From Boseongicola sp. (GTDB taxonomy: Bacteria; Pseudomonadota; Alphaproteobacteria; Rhodobacterales; Rhodobacteraceae), in NCBI GenBank assembly GCA_013042105.1, contig JABDQU010000122.1, forward strand, positions 1 through 45,793: a stretch of 45,793 nucleotides of DNA, given 5' to 3'. The translations under genes and the position numbers were made by a program. The notes below the pieces were generated by a model. It saw nothing but the letters and a program-made list of their open reading frames with translations, searched no databases and was not told where the DNA came from. Shown one piece after another: positions 28,586 through 38,550 of this stretch. Each line of letters begins with the position of its first letter. The stretch's first letter is position 1.

Positions 28586-29548
28586 TCAGATCAGGACGTA
28601 ATCGGAAAACCGACCAGTCATAACATCGGACGTCTCATCACCATTTCGCACAATAAACAGAGCCGAAGCATTCAGCCGCCGTGCCAAAGCGATACCCTTC
28701 TCGACACCTGCCGCACAAAGCGCCGTGGCAAGCGCATCGGCTTCCTGTCCACTTGGCGCAAGCACCGAAACAGACGCCAGCGTCGTCGACGCCGGACGGC
28801 CCGACGTGGTGTCGATGATATGGCTTGTGCTGATCCTGCCACTTACACCATTGGCAGCATGCCCCGAAGTTGCCAAAGCCTGATCCCTCGGCGTCACCAG
28901 ACGATAGGGCTGGAAATCCAATGCGATCGGATCAGCCACCGCGCCAACCCATTCGCGCCCTCTGGGGTGGCGTCCCAGGACTTTTATTTCGCCACCGACC
29001 TCAATCATCGCGCTGTTTATGCCCTCGTCCACCAAAACCTCGGCCACCCGATCCAACGCATACCCTTTGGCAATCCCGCATAAATCCAAAGTCAAATCCG
29101 CCTCGCCCTTTCGCAAACCATCAGACGCAACCTCGATCTGTCGATACGACCCCAAGCCGCCCCTGATCGGCCCAAAACCAAACCGGGAAACAAGAGGTCC
29201 AACCGTTGGATCAAATGCGCCATCCGTCAGCCTTGCTATGCGCAAAGCCTCGCTGGTCACCGCACAAAGCTCCGGCGGCATCTCCGCAAACCCGACCCTG
29301 CGGATGGAATTGAAAACCGAAAGTGGCGATGTCGCGCGATAAGGCGACATTTGTTCATCGACCCGCCGAAATACAGCCTCCAGCTTCGGTCGCACGGCCG
29401 AAAGATCAACGATGCCACCGGCCGTGATGCGCCAACTTGATCCAAACGCAAGACCACCCTCGACCTGCAGGCCCTTTGCCCAGGCTTGCGTCGAACAAAG
29501 ACCCGCCCCGAGCAGCCCAAAGATCATCCCGCGTCGCGTCAAAACCAT
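28586..29548 (-). CDS. apbE: FAD:protein FMN transferase ApbE (Tat signal)
   Basis: TRRG Tat motif, GAFDPTVGPL, LDLCGIAKGY, EVGGE, LATSG, SHIID, ADALATA. Confidence 0.93.
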   Translation of the reverse strand: MVLTRRGMIFGLLGAGLCSTQAWAKGLQVEGGLAFGSSWRITAGGIVDLSAVRPKLEAVFRRVDEQMSPYRATSPLSVFNSIRRVGFAEMPPELCAVTSEALRIARLTDGAFDPTVGPLVSRFGFGPIRGGLGSYRQIEVASDGLRKGEADLTLDLCGIAKGYALDRVAEVLVDEGINSAMIEVGGEIKVLGRHPRGREWVGAVADPIALDFQPYRLVTPRDQALATSGHAANGVSGRISTSHIIDTTSGRPASTTLASVSVLAPSGQEADALATALCAAGVEKGIALARRLNASALFIVRNGDETSDVMTGRFSDYVLI

Positions 29549-29551
29549 CGG

Positions 29552-30772
29552 CTAAACTCCAAAATCATCGTTGTGAATGCTGTCCTCGTCCACGCCAAGG
29601 TCATCCAGCATCGACAGCACCGCACGGATCATCAACGGCGGCCCGCACAAATAATACTCACAGGCTTCCGGAGCCGGATGGTCCCCAAGATAGCGCTGCA
29701 AGGCGACTGCATGAACGAAGCCTACCGCGCCCGACCAGTTATCCGCGCCCTCCGGATCAGACAGTGCAACCGTCCAGTCGAAATTCGGGTGTGCAGCCTC
29801 CAGCGCATCGAACTCCTCGGCATAAAAGATATCCGCAGCACTGCGCGCACCATACCAGAAACTAATCCGGCGACCGGTCTTCTGGCGCTCCAACTGGTCA
29901 AAAATCATCGCCCTCAACGGGGCCATGCCAACGCCTCCACCAATGAAAACCATCTCGCGATCGGTATCTGATGCGCGAAACGTTCCGAAAGGCCCCGACA
30001 CCTTCACAGGATCACCTTCGCGCAGGGCAAACAACCACGAAGACACAATCCCCGGAGGCGCGTCCTTCACGGACGGCGGTGGCAGGGCGAGGCGGATATT
30101 GAGAACCAACCGTCCCGCCTCTGTGTCCTGCGGCCGATTAGAGATGGAATAAGCGCGCGTCACGTCCGTATCCGTCTCTACACTCAAACCCCGAAGCGGT
30201 GTCCACTCGTCCTGAAAGGCCTCCGGTATGTCGATATCCGTATACGCCAGCTCGAACGGAGGCGCAGTGATCTGCAAGAACGCACCGGCAACAACCTCGG
30301 GCCTGTTGCCCTCGGGAAGTTGCAGCACGATTTCCCGGATCAAAGGTGTGAGTTGCCGTGTCGATGCGACCTGAAGCATAAAAGCCTCTGCACCAAGCAA
30401 ATCCTCGTCAACGTTGACGTCCATATCGTTGCGCATCGTCACCTGACACGCCAAATGCGTGCCGTCGCGCAACTCAGCACGCGATAGCCGCGCAACCTCA
30501 ACCGGCAGAGCGTCCGGCCCCCCCTCCTCAATGCGCACCCGGCACAGACCGCAAGTTCCGGCACCAGCACAGGCAGACGGCACAAGAACGCCGTTGTCAT
30601 TCAACGCCGTCAGCAACTTCTGACCCGTCATGGCTTCAATCGTCTTGTGACCATTCACCGACAATCGCACCTGCCGCGCAGGCATCAAAAACGCCCTTGC
30701 GCCAATGACCAATCCGGTCAGCACACACACCAGCACGATCAGAAATACACTGCCCGAAAGGATATTGATCAC
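29552..30772 (-). CDS. nqrF: Na+-NQR subunit F (NADH dehydrogenase, 2Fe-2S/FAD)
   Basis: N-terminal [14 protein letters not shown]...[29 protein letters not shown]. Confidence 0.93.
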   Translation of the reverse strand: MINILSGSVFLIVLVCVLTGLVIGARAFLMPARQVRLSVNGHKTIEAMTGQKLLTALNDNGVLVPSACAGAGTCGLCRVRIEEGGPDALPVEVARLSRAELRDGTHLACQVTMRNDMDVNVDEDLLGAEAFMLQVASTRQLTPLIREIVLQLPEGNRPEVVAGAFLQITAPPFELAYTDIDIPEAFQDEWTPLRGLSVETDTDVTRAYSISNRPQDTEAGRLVLNIRLALPPPSVKDAPPGIVSSWLFALREGDPVKVSGPFGTFRASDTDREMVFIGGGVGMAPLRAMIFDQLERQKTGRRISFWYGARSAADIFYAEEFDALEAAHPNFDWTVALSDPEGADNWSGAVGFVHAVALQRYLGDHPAPEACEYYLCGPPLMIRAVLSMLDDLGVDEDSIHNDDFGV

Positions 30773-31368
30773 AAACCGATCCTCCCAAGTGCCGTAAACC
30801 CAATAGACATCAAACCGGTTACCAGAAACGCACTTCCCAGACCCTGCAAACCCTGTGGGATATCGCTGTATCTCAGACGCTCACGGATCGCCGCAAAAGC
30901 AACAATCGCCAAAGCCCAGCCAGCCCCGCTGCCGAACCCGAACACGACAGCCTCGGCGAAATCGTATTGGCGTTCCACCATGAAAAGACTGCCCCCAAGA
31001 ACGGCGCAATTCACGGTGATCAGAGGCAGGAAAATTCCCAAAGCGCGGTAGAGACGCGGGACAAATCGGTCAAGGAAAAGCTCAAGAATCTGCACCATCG
31101 CAGCAATCACGCCGATGAATGTGATCAGCTTCAGATAGCTCAGATCGACATCCGGCAGCCCCGCCCAACTCCAGGCACCTTCCAGCAGTATACTGTTGAA
31201 AATCAGATTGTTGACCGGCACCGTGATCGACTGAACGACGATAATCGCCAGCCCAAGCCCGAAAGCCGTCTCCAGACGCTCGGAAACCGCCAAAAACGTG
31301 CAAATCCCCAGAAACGAGGTAAGCGCAATGTTTTGATGAAAGATCGAGGCAACAAGAAGCTCTGTCAT
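30769..31368 (-). CDS. nqrE: Na+-NQR subunit E
   Basis: [37 protein letters not shown]. Start at ATG 31368. Confidence 0.93.
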   Translation of the reverse strand: MTELLVASIFHQNIALTSFLGICTFLAVSERLETAFGLGLAIIVVQSITVPVNNLIFNSILLEGAWSWAGLPDVDLSYLKLITFIGVIAAMVQILELFLDRFVPRLYRALGIFLPLITVNCAVLGGSLFMVERQYDFAEAVVFGFGSGAGWALAIVAFAAIRERLRYSDIPQGLQGLGSAFLVTGLMSIGFTALGRIGL

Positions 31369-32018
31369 CGCTTTGCCCCAATCTTCACAAGCGACAGCTT
31401 GGGCGTCTCGACCTGCTGGCTCCAACGCGACCGAATGGCCCAGATCAGCGCGCCGATGATAAAGAACGCACTTGGCGCAAGCTGCATCAATCCCAAGGGC
31501 TCAAACCAGCCCTCCTCTGATACCGGCACAAACACCGTGACCCCAAGAATTGCACCGGTCCCGAAAAGCTCGCGAATAGTTCCGATCAGAACAAGGATCA
31601 GACTGTATCCAAGCCCATTGCCCAATGCATCCAGAACCGAGGGCCCGACCGGGTTGCGCATAGCAAATGCCTCAGCCCGCCCCATTACCAGACAATTCGT
31701 CACAATCAGCCCCACGAAGACCGACAACTGACGGCTTATCCCGAAGGCATAGGCCTTCAGAATTTCGTCAATAACCACAACCATCGAAGCGATAATCACG
31801 ATTTGCACGATCAACCGAATGACGTTCGGAATATGATGGCGGATCAGGCTGATCGTGGCAGACGACAAACACAGCACAGCCGTAAGAGCGGCCGACATAA
31901 CCAATGCAGTGGCCAGCGACGTGGTGACCGCAAGCGCCGAACAGATACCCAGAATTTGTAGTGTGATCGGGTTCTGATCGATCAATGGCCCCGTCAGATA
32001 CGTCAGCTTCTTCGTCAT
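31365..32018 (-). CDS. nqrD: Na+-NQR subunit D
   Basis: [41 protein letters not shown]. Start at ATG 32018. Confidence 0.93.
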   Translation of the reverse strand: MTKKLTYLTGPLIDQNPITLQILGICSALAVTTSLATALVMSAALTAVLCLSSATISLIRHHIPNVIRLIVQIVIIASMVVVIDEILKAYAFGISRQLSVFVGLIVTNCLVMGRAEAFAMRNPVGPSVLDALGNGLGYSLILVLIGTIRELFGTGAILGVTVFVPVSEEGWFEPLGLMQLAPSAFFIIGALIWAIRSRWSQQVETPKLSLVKIGAKR

Positions 32019-32019
32019 C

Positions 32020-32820
32020 TCAAAGCCCCTCCTGCCGCAAACGCTCAAGGAACGGACCAAACCCATGATCTCCCAGCCAGTAGCGCAACATGTTGCTCAC
32101 GCCATTGCTCGTCAGGGTCGCACCACTGATGCCGTCCACTTCATGGGGTCCGGTGCCCTGTCCGCGCACCACCGAGATCACGATCTGTCCGGTCTCATCA
32201 GCGACTTCCTTACCGGGCCACAATGCCTGCCATTCGGGTGTCTCAACGCGCGCACCAAGGCCCGGCGTTTCGCCCTGTTCGGTGATCGTCAGCGCGGCGA
32301 CAGTCCGCAAATCCGCCTCCAGCGCCAGCATAGCGCGCAGCGTGGACTGATACCCCGACCCGCTGACCGGCAGCACGACCAGAAGCAAGTCACCATCACG
32401 TTCCAGCAAATATACCGGCGCCAGATTTGCGCGCCGTCCAAGTCGGGCAACATCCAGTTCGCTCGGGATAGCAACGCTTTGCTCGGGGTCCGACGCAGCG
32501 GTCTGCATATTGAACTCAGCCGGATCGCGCCCGCTGACAAATGTCCCCGAACTCAGATCGACAAGGCGCGTCTCCAAAGCGTCAACGCCCAACTCCTCCA
32601 TCACCGAGCGCATCCCCGGCAGCGCATCAATCATCCGCGCCATGCGGGCTTCCCGCTCGGCGGCCAGATGTGCCTCCTGCAAAGGCTTCAGGGTCACCGA
32701 GGTGATCGACACCAGAATCGAACTGATCAACGCCACCAGAATTGCGACGCCAAACACTTTCACCCGATCATCGTTCGGGCGCGCCAGAAAGCCCCGCCAT
32801 ATCGTCACCGGGTTAAGCAT
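32020..32820 (-). CDS. nqrC: Na+-NQR subunit C (periplasmic FMN-binding)
   Basis: N-terminal [27 protein letters not shown] flavinylation motif. Confidence 0.92.
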   Translation of the reverse strand: MLNPVTIWRGFLARPNDDRVKVFGVAILVALISSILVSITSVTLKPLQEAHLAAEREARMARMIDALPGMRSVMEELGVDALETRLVDLSSGTFVSGRDPAEFNMQTAASDPEQSVAIPSELDVARLGRRANLAPVYLLERDGDLLLVVLPVSGSGYQSTLRAMLALEADLRTVAALTITEQGETPGLGARVETPEWQALWPGKEVADETGQIVISVVRGQGTGPHEVDGISGATLTSNGVSNMLRYWLGDHGFGPFLERLRQEGL

Positions 32821-33604
32821 GACGTCTCATTTCGCGCCGCGCATGGATCAGGATCACCACGTGATCTATCAATGGTGCAAAGACACCGGACATCAGCGCG
32901 GCAAAGACCATCGCCTCAGCGGTCGGCGCGCCCGGCGGCGAAAACACTATGACAAGCCCCCCCGCCAATGCGCCATAAATCCAGCGCCCGATCGGCGTCG
33001 CAGCCGCTGAAATCGGATCGCAAACCAGAAAAACAAGAGCGAAAGCCATCGCCGTCGCAACGGTGACCGGTTCCATCTCCGCGCCGCGCAATGCCAATAA
33101 AACCGCAGACGCGATGATAGCGCCCACAAGCACACGCCACGAAATCAATCCCATTAAGAGCAATAAAACCGCCCCCGGCACCGTCGCGACAGCCAACGCC
33201 GTGGTGGACTGGCGCAATTGCAACTCAGGAAAGGAAATCAAAAGCAAGGACAAGGCAACTGCCGCAGGTTGGACAAATCCAAAGCCACGCCCCCCGAAGA
33301 CCAGCTCCCCCAAAATCACACCCAATGACACTGCAAACACGATCTGCCAGATCGCAATTTCGGGCGGCAGCACGACGGCCACGATAAAAGCCGTCGTGAC
33401 CCCATGAAAACTCAAAACGCGGCGGCGAAGCGTTGCGAAAATCCCCTCCCACACAAGCGCTGCTACCAATGCAGCCACCAAATTTAACGCAAATCGCTCA
33501 GGATCAGCGGTCGCCACAACTGCCAAAGGCGCAATCAGCGCAACGCACTGCGCGATCGTCACGCCACCGACACTGCGAGGCGACAAGTGATCGATGCCGA
33601 TCAC
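32813..33604 (-). CDS. nqrB: Shortened Na+-NQR subunit B (NqrB/RnfD family), lacking the FMN-attachment loop
   Basis: WEGIFA, PP...WQ, VFGGRG, ISWR, DPISA...GRWIYG, FAPLIDH. Only 263 aa and no SGAT motif. Confidence 0.8.
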   Translation of the reverse strand: MIGIDHLSPRSVGGVTIAQCVALIAPLAVVATADPERFALNLVAALVAALVWEGIFATLRRRVLSFHGVTTAFIVAVVLPPEIAIWQIVFAVSLGVILGELVFGGRGFGFVQPAAVALSLLLISFPELQLRQSTTALAVATVPGAVLLLLMGLISWRVLVGAIIASAVLLALRGAEMEPVTVATAMAFALVFLVCDPISAAATPIGRWIYGALAGGLVIVFSPPGAPTAEAMVFAALMSGVFAPLIDHVVILIHARREMRRHA

Positions 33605-34842
33605 GCCGCGTCCGCCATCAGATCATCCAGAACCAGACGCAAGAGAACATCATACCGCGACCCGCTGGTGCAATGCCGGGACAATGCGGCAACGTCTTCT
33701 TCGATCAACGCAAGGCAGCCCAGACGCTCTGCGGTTTCGCTATCTCCAATGCTCAAGGCACGCAAAAGCGGCACCGGCAGGATATCGGGGGCAAGCGCAT
33801 GATCAAGCGCCCCGGTCGGAACCAGCGCAGACGGAATAGCCGCCCGATTTGCCTGCCAAAATCGTTTCCGTTGCCGGACCGGCCCATCGGGCACCGTAAT
33901 CTGACTGTGAAACCGTCCCAGATACGCCGCATCTCGTCCAGTCAACGCATCCCCTGCCAAAGCACAAGCGCGCTCTTCTGGTTGGCAAACCTCAGCTATT
34001 TTCGCGCCCAAACTGGTCCGCACAAGCCTCGCCGGCAATGCACCTGTGCCGGAAATCGCAATCACGCGATCCCCCATAAACAGCCCCGTCTCAAACAAAT
34101 GGCCGATGGCAATGACGTCCTGATAGCCAATCGACCAAACCTCCATTCCAGCCCGAACCGGGCGCAATCGGTCAATATGCGTGCCCGACAAACCAGCCGC
34201 CATGGTGCCGCTGAAGCTCGCAACCTCTAGCCGATCATCGCCCTTTGAAAGCGGCGCACCGGGCAACTGACACAGGAAAACCGGCCCCTCGGTCAGCTTG
34301 GTAAGCAGCGCAAGCCCACGGGCAAAAACGTCTTCTTTGCCAGCCAGCACAATACGCGGATCAGGCGCAAGTGGACTGGCATGACAAGCATTCACAAACA
34401 CAGCTTCCGGCCTTGCGTCAGGCACTGGCGTGCGCCCGAAAGGCCGCGTTCGAAATGCACTCCACATCCCGCTGCCTTGCAACACCTCGCGAATTGCAAA
34501 GCCATCGTCTGCGCCAACCGGCACCACTCTAGGAGAGTGAGCCACCTCGCCGTCCGAGGTCAAAATGCAAGCCGACAACGTTCTGCGCGCGCCAAAGGAA
34601 AGCGTGGCCACGTTGCCCGAAATTGGCGAAACGTATGCCACCTCTCTGTGCCGACGATCTCTAAACAAGACCTGACCAGCCTGCACACGCTCGCCTTCTT
34701 CAACCTCGAATTTCGGACGCAGCCCGGGCATATCGCTGCCCAGCAATGCGACAGATACCGCGCCCTGTTCTTCAATGACGTCCTGCTTGGGCGCACCCTG
34801 ACGTGTCGCCTTTTCACCCCGTTTTATGTGGAAATGTTTCAA
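33601..34842 (-). CDS. nqrA: Na+-NQR subunit A (divergent)
   Basis: V..GERVQAGQVLF.D, SPISG, RTRPF, PLAPDP, PVPLLRAL..GD, LGCLALIEED. Probable TTG start at 34842; an upstream in-frame TTG lies at 34857. Confidence 0.85.
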   Translation of the reverse strand: MKHFHIKRGEKATRQGAPKQDVIEEQGAVSVALLGSDMPGLRPKFEVEEGERVQAGQVLFRDRRHREVAYVSPISGNVATLSFGARRTLSACILTSDGEVAHSPRVVPVGADDGFAIREVLQGSGMWSAFRTRPFGRTPVPDARPEAVFVNACHASPLAPDPRIVLAGKEDVFARGLALLTKLTEGPVFLCQLPGAPLSKGDDRLEVASFSGTMAAGLSGTHIDRLRPVRAGMEVWSIGYQDVIAIGHLFETGLFMGDRVIAISGTGALPARLVRTSLGAKIAEVCQPEERACALAGDALTGRDAAYLGRFHSQITVPDGPVRQRKRFWQANRAAIPSALVPTGALDHALAPDILPVPLLRALSIGDSETAERLGCLALIEEDVAALSRHCTSGSRYDVLLRLVLDDLMADAA

Positions 34843-34930
34843 TGCGTCACCCTTCAAACCGCGTGTCGTTCAATAAGACCTGCGGGCGTGTCGTTGCCGT
34901 TGAATATGTCCGAGCCAATCCAACTTTGAA

Positions 34931-34944
34931 TTGATCCACCTCAA
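34931..34944. promoter_or_regulatory. FNR/FnrL/FixK-type box between nqrA and the cytochrome gene
   Basis: TTGAT-CCAC-CTCAA, one mismatch to TTGAT-N4-ATCAA. Confidence 0.7.
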
Positions 34945-35004
34945 TTCTCCAAATTGAAAAAGCAGCAACACTAGGCGCGTCACACATTGGAGAAGGACCC
35001 TGCC

Positions 35005-36108
35005 ATGATCCGCTCAGCAATCGCCCGCCTGACGCTTGTATTCGCGTTTTGCCTCGCCTTGATCGCCGCCCCCGCAACCGCACAAGACGAACAATCCGAC
35101 GCCGCGCGGCTGGTTACGATCATGGAAGCCTGGCTCGCCTCCCCGCACAACGACCGCACATCCGAAGCCTTCACCCACTGGGACGAGGACGGCGAAATCC
35201 CCGGCGGATGCGCAGTTTGCCACTCCAGCCTTGGCGCCGTGGACTGGATGCGCACGCCGGATGCGACCCCCGGCGTTATTGATCATCCCGTCGCAACAGG
35301 CACCACTGTCGATTGCGCGGTCTGCCACAATTCGGCAGCCGCTAACCTGACGTCGGTTCCCTTCCCTTCAGGAACCTCAATTGACAGCTTCGAATCTTCC
35401 GCAGTCTGCGCCGTCTGCCATCAGGGCCGGTCCTCGGTTCAGACGGTCAACGCCGCGACCGAAGGCATGGAAGACGATGTTGTCAGCGGCGATCTCGGCT
35501 TCATCAACACGCACTACGCGCCGTCTGCTGCGACCCAGATGGGATCAACCGTTCAAATCGGCTTTGAGTATCCGGGCAAGGTTTACAAAGGCCAGTTCAC
35601 ACATGTGCCTGACCTGAACACCTGCACCGATTGCCACCGTCCGCATTCTCTGGAAGTCCAGCTCGACAGCTGCACGGCCTGTCATCAGGGCGTCGCCTCC
35701 TTCAAGGACATCAGAATCTCTCCGATGGACTTCGATGGGGACGGCGTCACGACCAACGGTATCTCAGTGCCCATCGCAGCCCTGCACGCCAGACTGGAAG
35801 ACGCCATCGAACTCTACGCCACAGAGATCGTTCAGGCCCCTGTCGTGTATTCCTCACACGCCTATCCATACTTCTTTGCCGACACCAACGCCGACGGCGA
35901 AGCAACCGACGACGAGGCAATCTACCCCAATCGCTATCAAAACTGGACACCCCGGCTTTTGAAGGCCGCCTACAACTATCAGTTGGTGGCAAAAGACGGC
36001 GCGATCTATACGCACAACCCGCACTATGCGCTTCAACTGCTCTACGACAGCCTTGAAAGCCTCTCGGAAAGTGTCGAGGTCGATATGACAGGCCTCATCC
36101 GACCATAA
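35005..36108 (+). CDS. Periplasmic pentaheme cytochrome c
   Basis: Sec signal (ATA-Q) and five CxxCH motifs: CAVCH x3, CTDCH, CTACH. RBS AAGGA. Confidence 0.88.
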   Translation: MIRSAIARLTLVFAFCLALIAAPATAQDEQSDAARLVTIMEAWLASPHNDRTSEAFTHWDEDGEIPGGCAVCHSSLGAVDWMRTPDATPGVIDHPVATGTTVDCAVCHNSAAANLTSVPFPSGTSIDSFESSAVCAVCHQGRSSVQTVNAATEGMEDDVVSGDLGFINTHYAPSAATQMGSTVQIGFEYPGKVYKGQFTHVPDLNTCTDCHRPHSLEVQLDSCTACHQGVASFKDIRISPMDFDGDGVTTNGISVPIAALHARLEDAIELYATEIVQAPVVYSSHAYPYFFADTNADGEATDDEAIYPNRYQNWTPRLLKAAYNYQLVAKDGAIYTHNPHYALQLLYDSLESLSESVEVDMTGLIRP

Positions 36109-36128
36109 ACGAACACGTGCGAGCGCAC

Positions 36129-36563
36129 CTAACTATGCGCACGCACGAATTCCTCAATATCCTTTGCAGGTCGTGCGCCCGGCAGGCGCGCGACCTCGCG
36201 TCCTTTTGAGTAGAGGATCAAAAGCGGAATGCCTCTGATGCCAAGGCGCTGCGATACCTTCGGAAATTCCTCGGTGTTGATCTTTGCAAAGCGCGCTTTC
36301 AATTGCAGCGCGGACGCCGCTCTGGCGAACTCAGGAGCCATCATCTTGCAAGGCCCGCACCAGGGCGCCCAGTAATCCACCACCAATGGAAGCGTGTCGG
36401 ACTTGGTCGCCTTGTCGTGGGCGCTGATGTCCATCTCGCCAACCTTGCCACTCAACAGCAACTGCCCACAGGTGCCACATTTTGGTTTGGCCGACAGCCT
36501 GTCAGTGGCGACACGGTTCACCTGCCCGCAGGCCAGACACGTCAGCTTTGCTTTATCCGGCAT
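36129..36563 (-). CDS. trxC: Thioredoxin 2 (Zn-finger thioredoxin)
   Basis: CLAC and CGTC zinc-finger pairs plus the WCGPC active site. Confidence 0.92.
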   Translation of the reverse strand: MPDKAKLTCLACGQVNRVATDRLSAKPKCGTCGQLLLSGKVGEMDISAHDKATKSDTLPLVVDYWAPWCGPCKMMAPEFARAASALQLKARFAKINTEEFPKVSQRLGIRGIPLLILYSKGREVARLPGARPAKDIEEFVRAHS

Positions 36564-36620
36564 TTCAATAAACCTCTCACTGTTTTGGCGGTATACTGCG
36601 TGCCACCACCCTGTGCGCAT

Positions 36621-37832
36621 TCACTCGTGGCGCAAGGCCTCAATCGGATCCAGTCGTGCGGCACGGCGCGCTGGAAAGTAGCCAAAAATCACACCTACCG
36701 CAGCCGAGAACGCGAAAGCGACAAGTATGATTGTGATGTCCGGCGTAAACGGCACCGACAATGCCCGCGCGCCCGCAAAGCCAAGCCCAAGCCCGAACAC
36801 GACACCGATAAGACCTCCGACCAGCGACAAAACAATCGCTTCGACCAGAAACTGCAACAACACCTGACTGGCTTGCGCCCCGATCGCCAGACGTATGCCA
36901 ATCTCGCGCGTCCGCTCAGTGACCGACACCAGCATGATGTTCATGATCCCGATCCCGCCAACCAACAGACTGACCATCGCAACCGCAGCCAAAAGCCCGG
37001 TCAAAATATCCGTAATCCCTGACAGCATTGTCGCCAGCTGCTTCATATCGATAACGTCGAAATCATCTTCCTCGTCCGCGCTTATGCGGCGCCTCTGGCG
37101 CATCAATGCTTCAATCTCTTCAGTTGCACGATCCGTTGAAACCCCATCACGGACCGAAACATACAGAACCGATACGTCAGTGTTCCCCGCGATGCGACGC
37201 TGAAATGTGCGCAACGGCATAATCACAAAATCGTCCTGATCACTGCCAAATGTCGAAGCGCCCTTGGACTTCAGTAGTCCGATAACCTCGCAGGACAGAG
37301 CTTTGATGCGGATCGTTTCACCAAGCGGATCGCGGGTCGAGAACAGCGTATCCCGCACGGTTTCCCCGATCACGCACACCGCGCGTCCCGACTGAATTTC
37401 CGCAGCCGCAAAAGGTCGTCCCAAAGCGAACTCCCATTGTGCAGCCTCGAAGTATCGATTGTCCGTGCCGACAACGTCGGTCTGTCGGTTCTCGTTCCCA
37501 AACACCACGCGCGACCGGATTTGGCTGATCGGCGCAGACACAGCGACGCTCGAAATCTGCTCATCAACCGCATCATTGTCGCGCAATGAAAACATCGGCA
37601 CGGCCGTTCCCGGCGGACCACCACCCATTGGATCCTCGCCTGGCAAAACCATCAGCGTATTGGCTCCCAACTTCTCGACATCCGCCGTGACCTGATCCGC
37701 CGACCCCTGCCCGACAGTCACCATCGCGATCACGGCTCCGACACCAATGACAATGCCCAGAACTGTAAGAAATGACCGAAGCGCGTTTCGGAAAATGGCC
37801 TGCAACGCCAGTCGAAGTGTTTCAAGCAGCAT
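36621..37832 (-). CDS. MacB-family ABC permease
   Basis: RSFLTVLGIVIGV, VGGIGIMNIMLVSVTERTREIGIR, FPARRAARLDPIEALR. Confidence 0.93.
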   Translation of the reverse strand: MLLETLRLALQAIFRNALRSFLTVLGIVIGVGAVIAMVTVGQGSADQVTADVEKLGANTLMVLPGEDPMGGGPPGTAVPMFSLRDNDAVDEQISSVAVSAPISQIRSRVVFGNENRQTDVVGTDNRYFEAAQWEFALGRPFAAAEIQSGRAVCVIGETVRDTLFSTRDPLGETIRIKALSCEVIGLLKSKGASTFGSDQDDFVIMPLRTFQRRIAGNTDVSVLYVSVRDGVSTDRATEEIEALMRQRRRISADEEDDFDVIDMKQLATMLSGITDILTGLLAAVAMVSLLVGGIGIMNIMLVSVTERTREIGIRLAIGAQASQVLLQFLVEAIVLSLVGGLIGVVFGLGLGFAGARALSVPFTPDITIILVAFAFSAAVGVIFGYFPARRAARLDPIEALRHE

Positions 37833-37833
37833 G

Positions 37834-38550
37834 TCAGGCCGCCTTCCGTGTGGGTTCGTCGCGCTCAATCTTTCCGTCAACCATCCAGATCAAACGGTCG
37901 GCGAATGCAGCCATATCAGCCTCATGCGTGACCATCACAATCGTCAGCCCAGCCTCCTTGTTCAGCCGCTGCAACACTTCCATAATCTCGACCGAACGTT
38001 TGGTGTCGAGGTTCCCTGTCGGCTCGTCCGCCAGCATCACACGCGGATTACCGGCAAGCGCGCGCGCAATCGCGACCCGTTGCTGTTGGCCGCCGGAAAG
38101 CTCGGAGGGATCATGCTTGGCGCGATGTTCAAGCCCCACCATCGAAAGCGCCAAAAGCGCCTCTCTTTTTCGCTCGGCACTTCGCATGCCTTTGTAAATC
38201 AGTGGCAATTCCACGTTGTGAAGCGCGCTCGTGCGCGACAAAAGATTATACCCCTGAAAAACAAACCCCAGATAATGCCGCCTGAGCAACGCCCGCTGAT
38301 CCCGCGTCAGGTTCGCAACCTCGGTGCCGCTGAAAAGATAATGCCCCGACGTCGGGCTATCGAGACAACCGATCACATTCAAAGCCGTGGACTTCCCAGA
38401 CCCGCTCGGTCCCATAATGGCGACAAACTCGCCTTCGTTGATATCCAGATCAATCCCATCCAAAGCACGGACTTCCGTCGCACCCTGACCATAGATACGG
38501 CGAATATCCGACAGTGAGATTAACGGAGACTGGGACCCTGCGTCACTCAT
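37834..38550 (-). CDS. ABC transporter ATP-binding protein (MacB/LolD type)
   Basis: GPSGSGKST, LSGGQQQR, ADEPTGNLD, VTHE. Confidence 0.95.
   Translation of the reverse strand: MSDAGSQSPLISLSDIRRIYGQGATEVRALDGIDLDINEGEFVAIMGPSGSGKSTALNVIGCLDSPTSGHYLFSGTEVANLTRDQRALLRRHYLGFVFQGYNLLSRTSALHNVELPLIYKGMRSAERKREALLALSMVGLEHRAKHDPSELSGGQQQRVAIARALAGNPRVMLADEPTGNLDTKRSVEIMEVLQRLNKEAGLTIVMVTHEADMAAFADRLIWMVDGKIERDEPTRKAA

Noticed and set aside
32813-33604. nqrB as a frameshifted pseudogene, or the operon as Rnf
   Set aside because: The frame is continuous and overlaps both neighbours, leaving no room for missing sequence. The subunit order A-F plus apbE and nqrM is that of NQR.
35005-36108. Pentaheme nitrite reductase NrfA
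   Set aside because: There is no CxxCK motif, the protein is shorter than typical NrfA, and no nrfH or nrfB neighbour is present.
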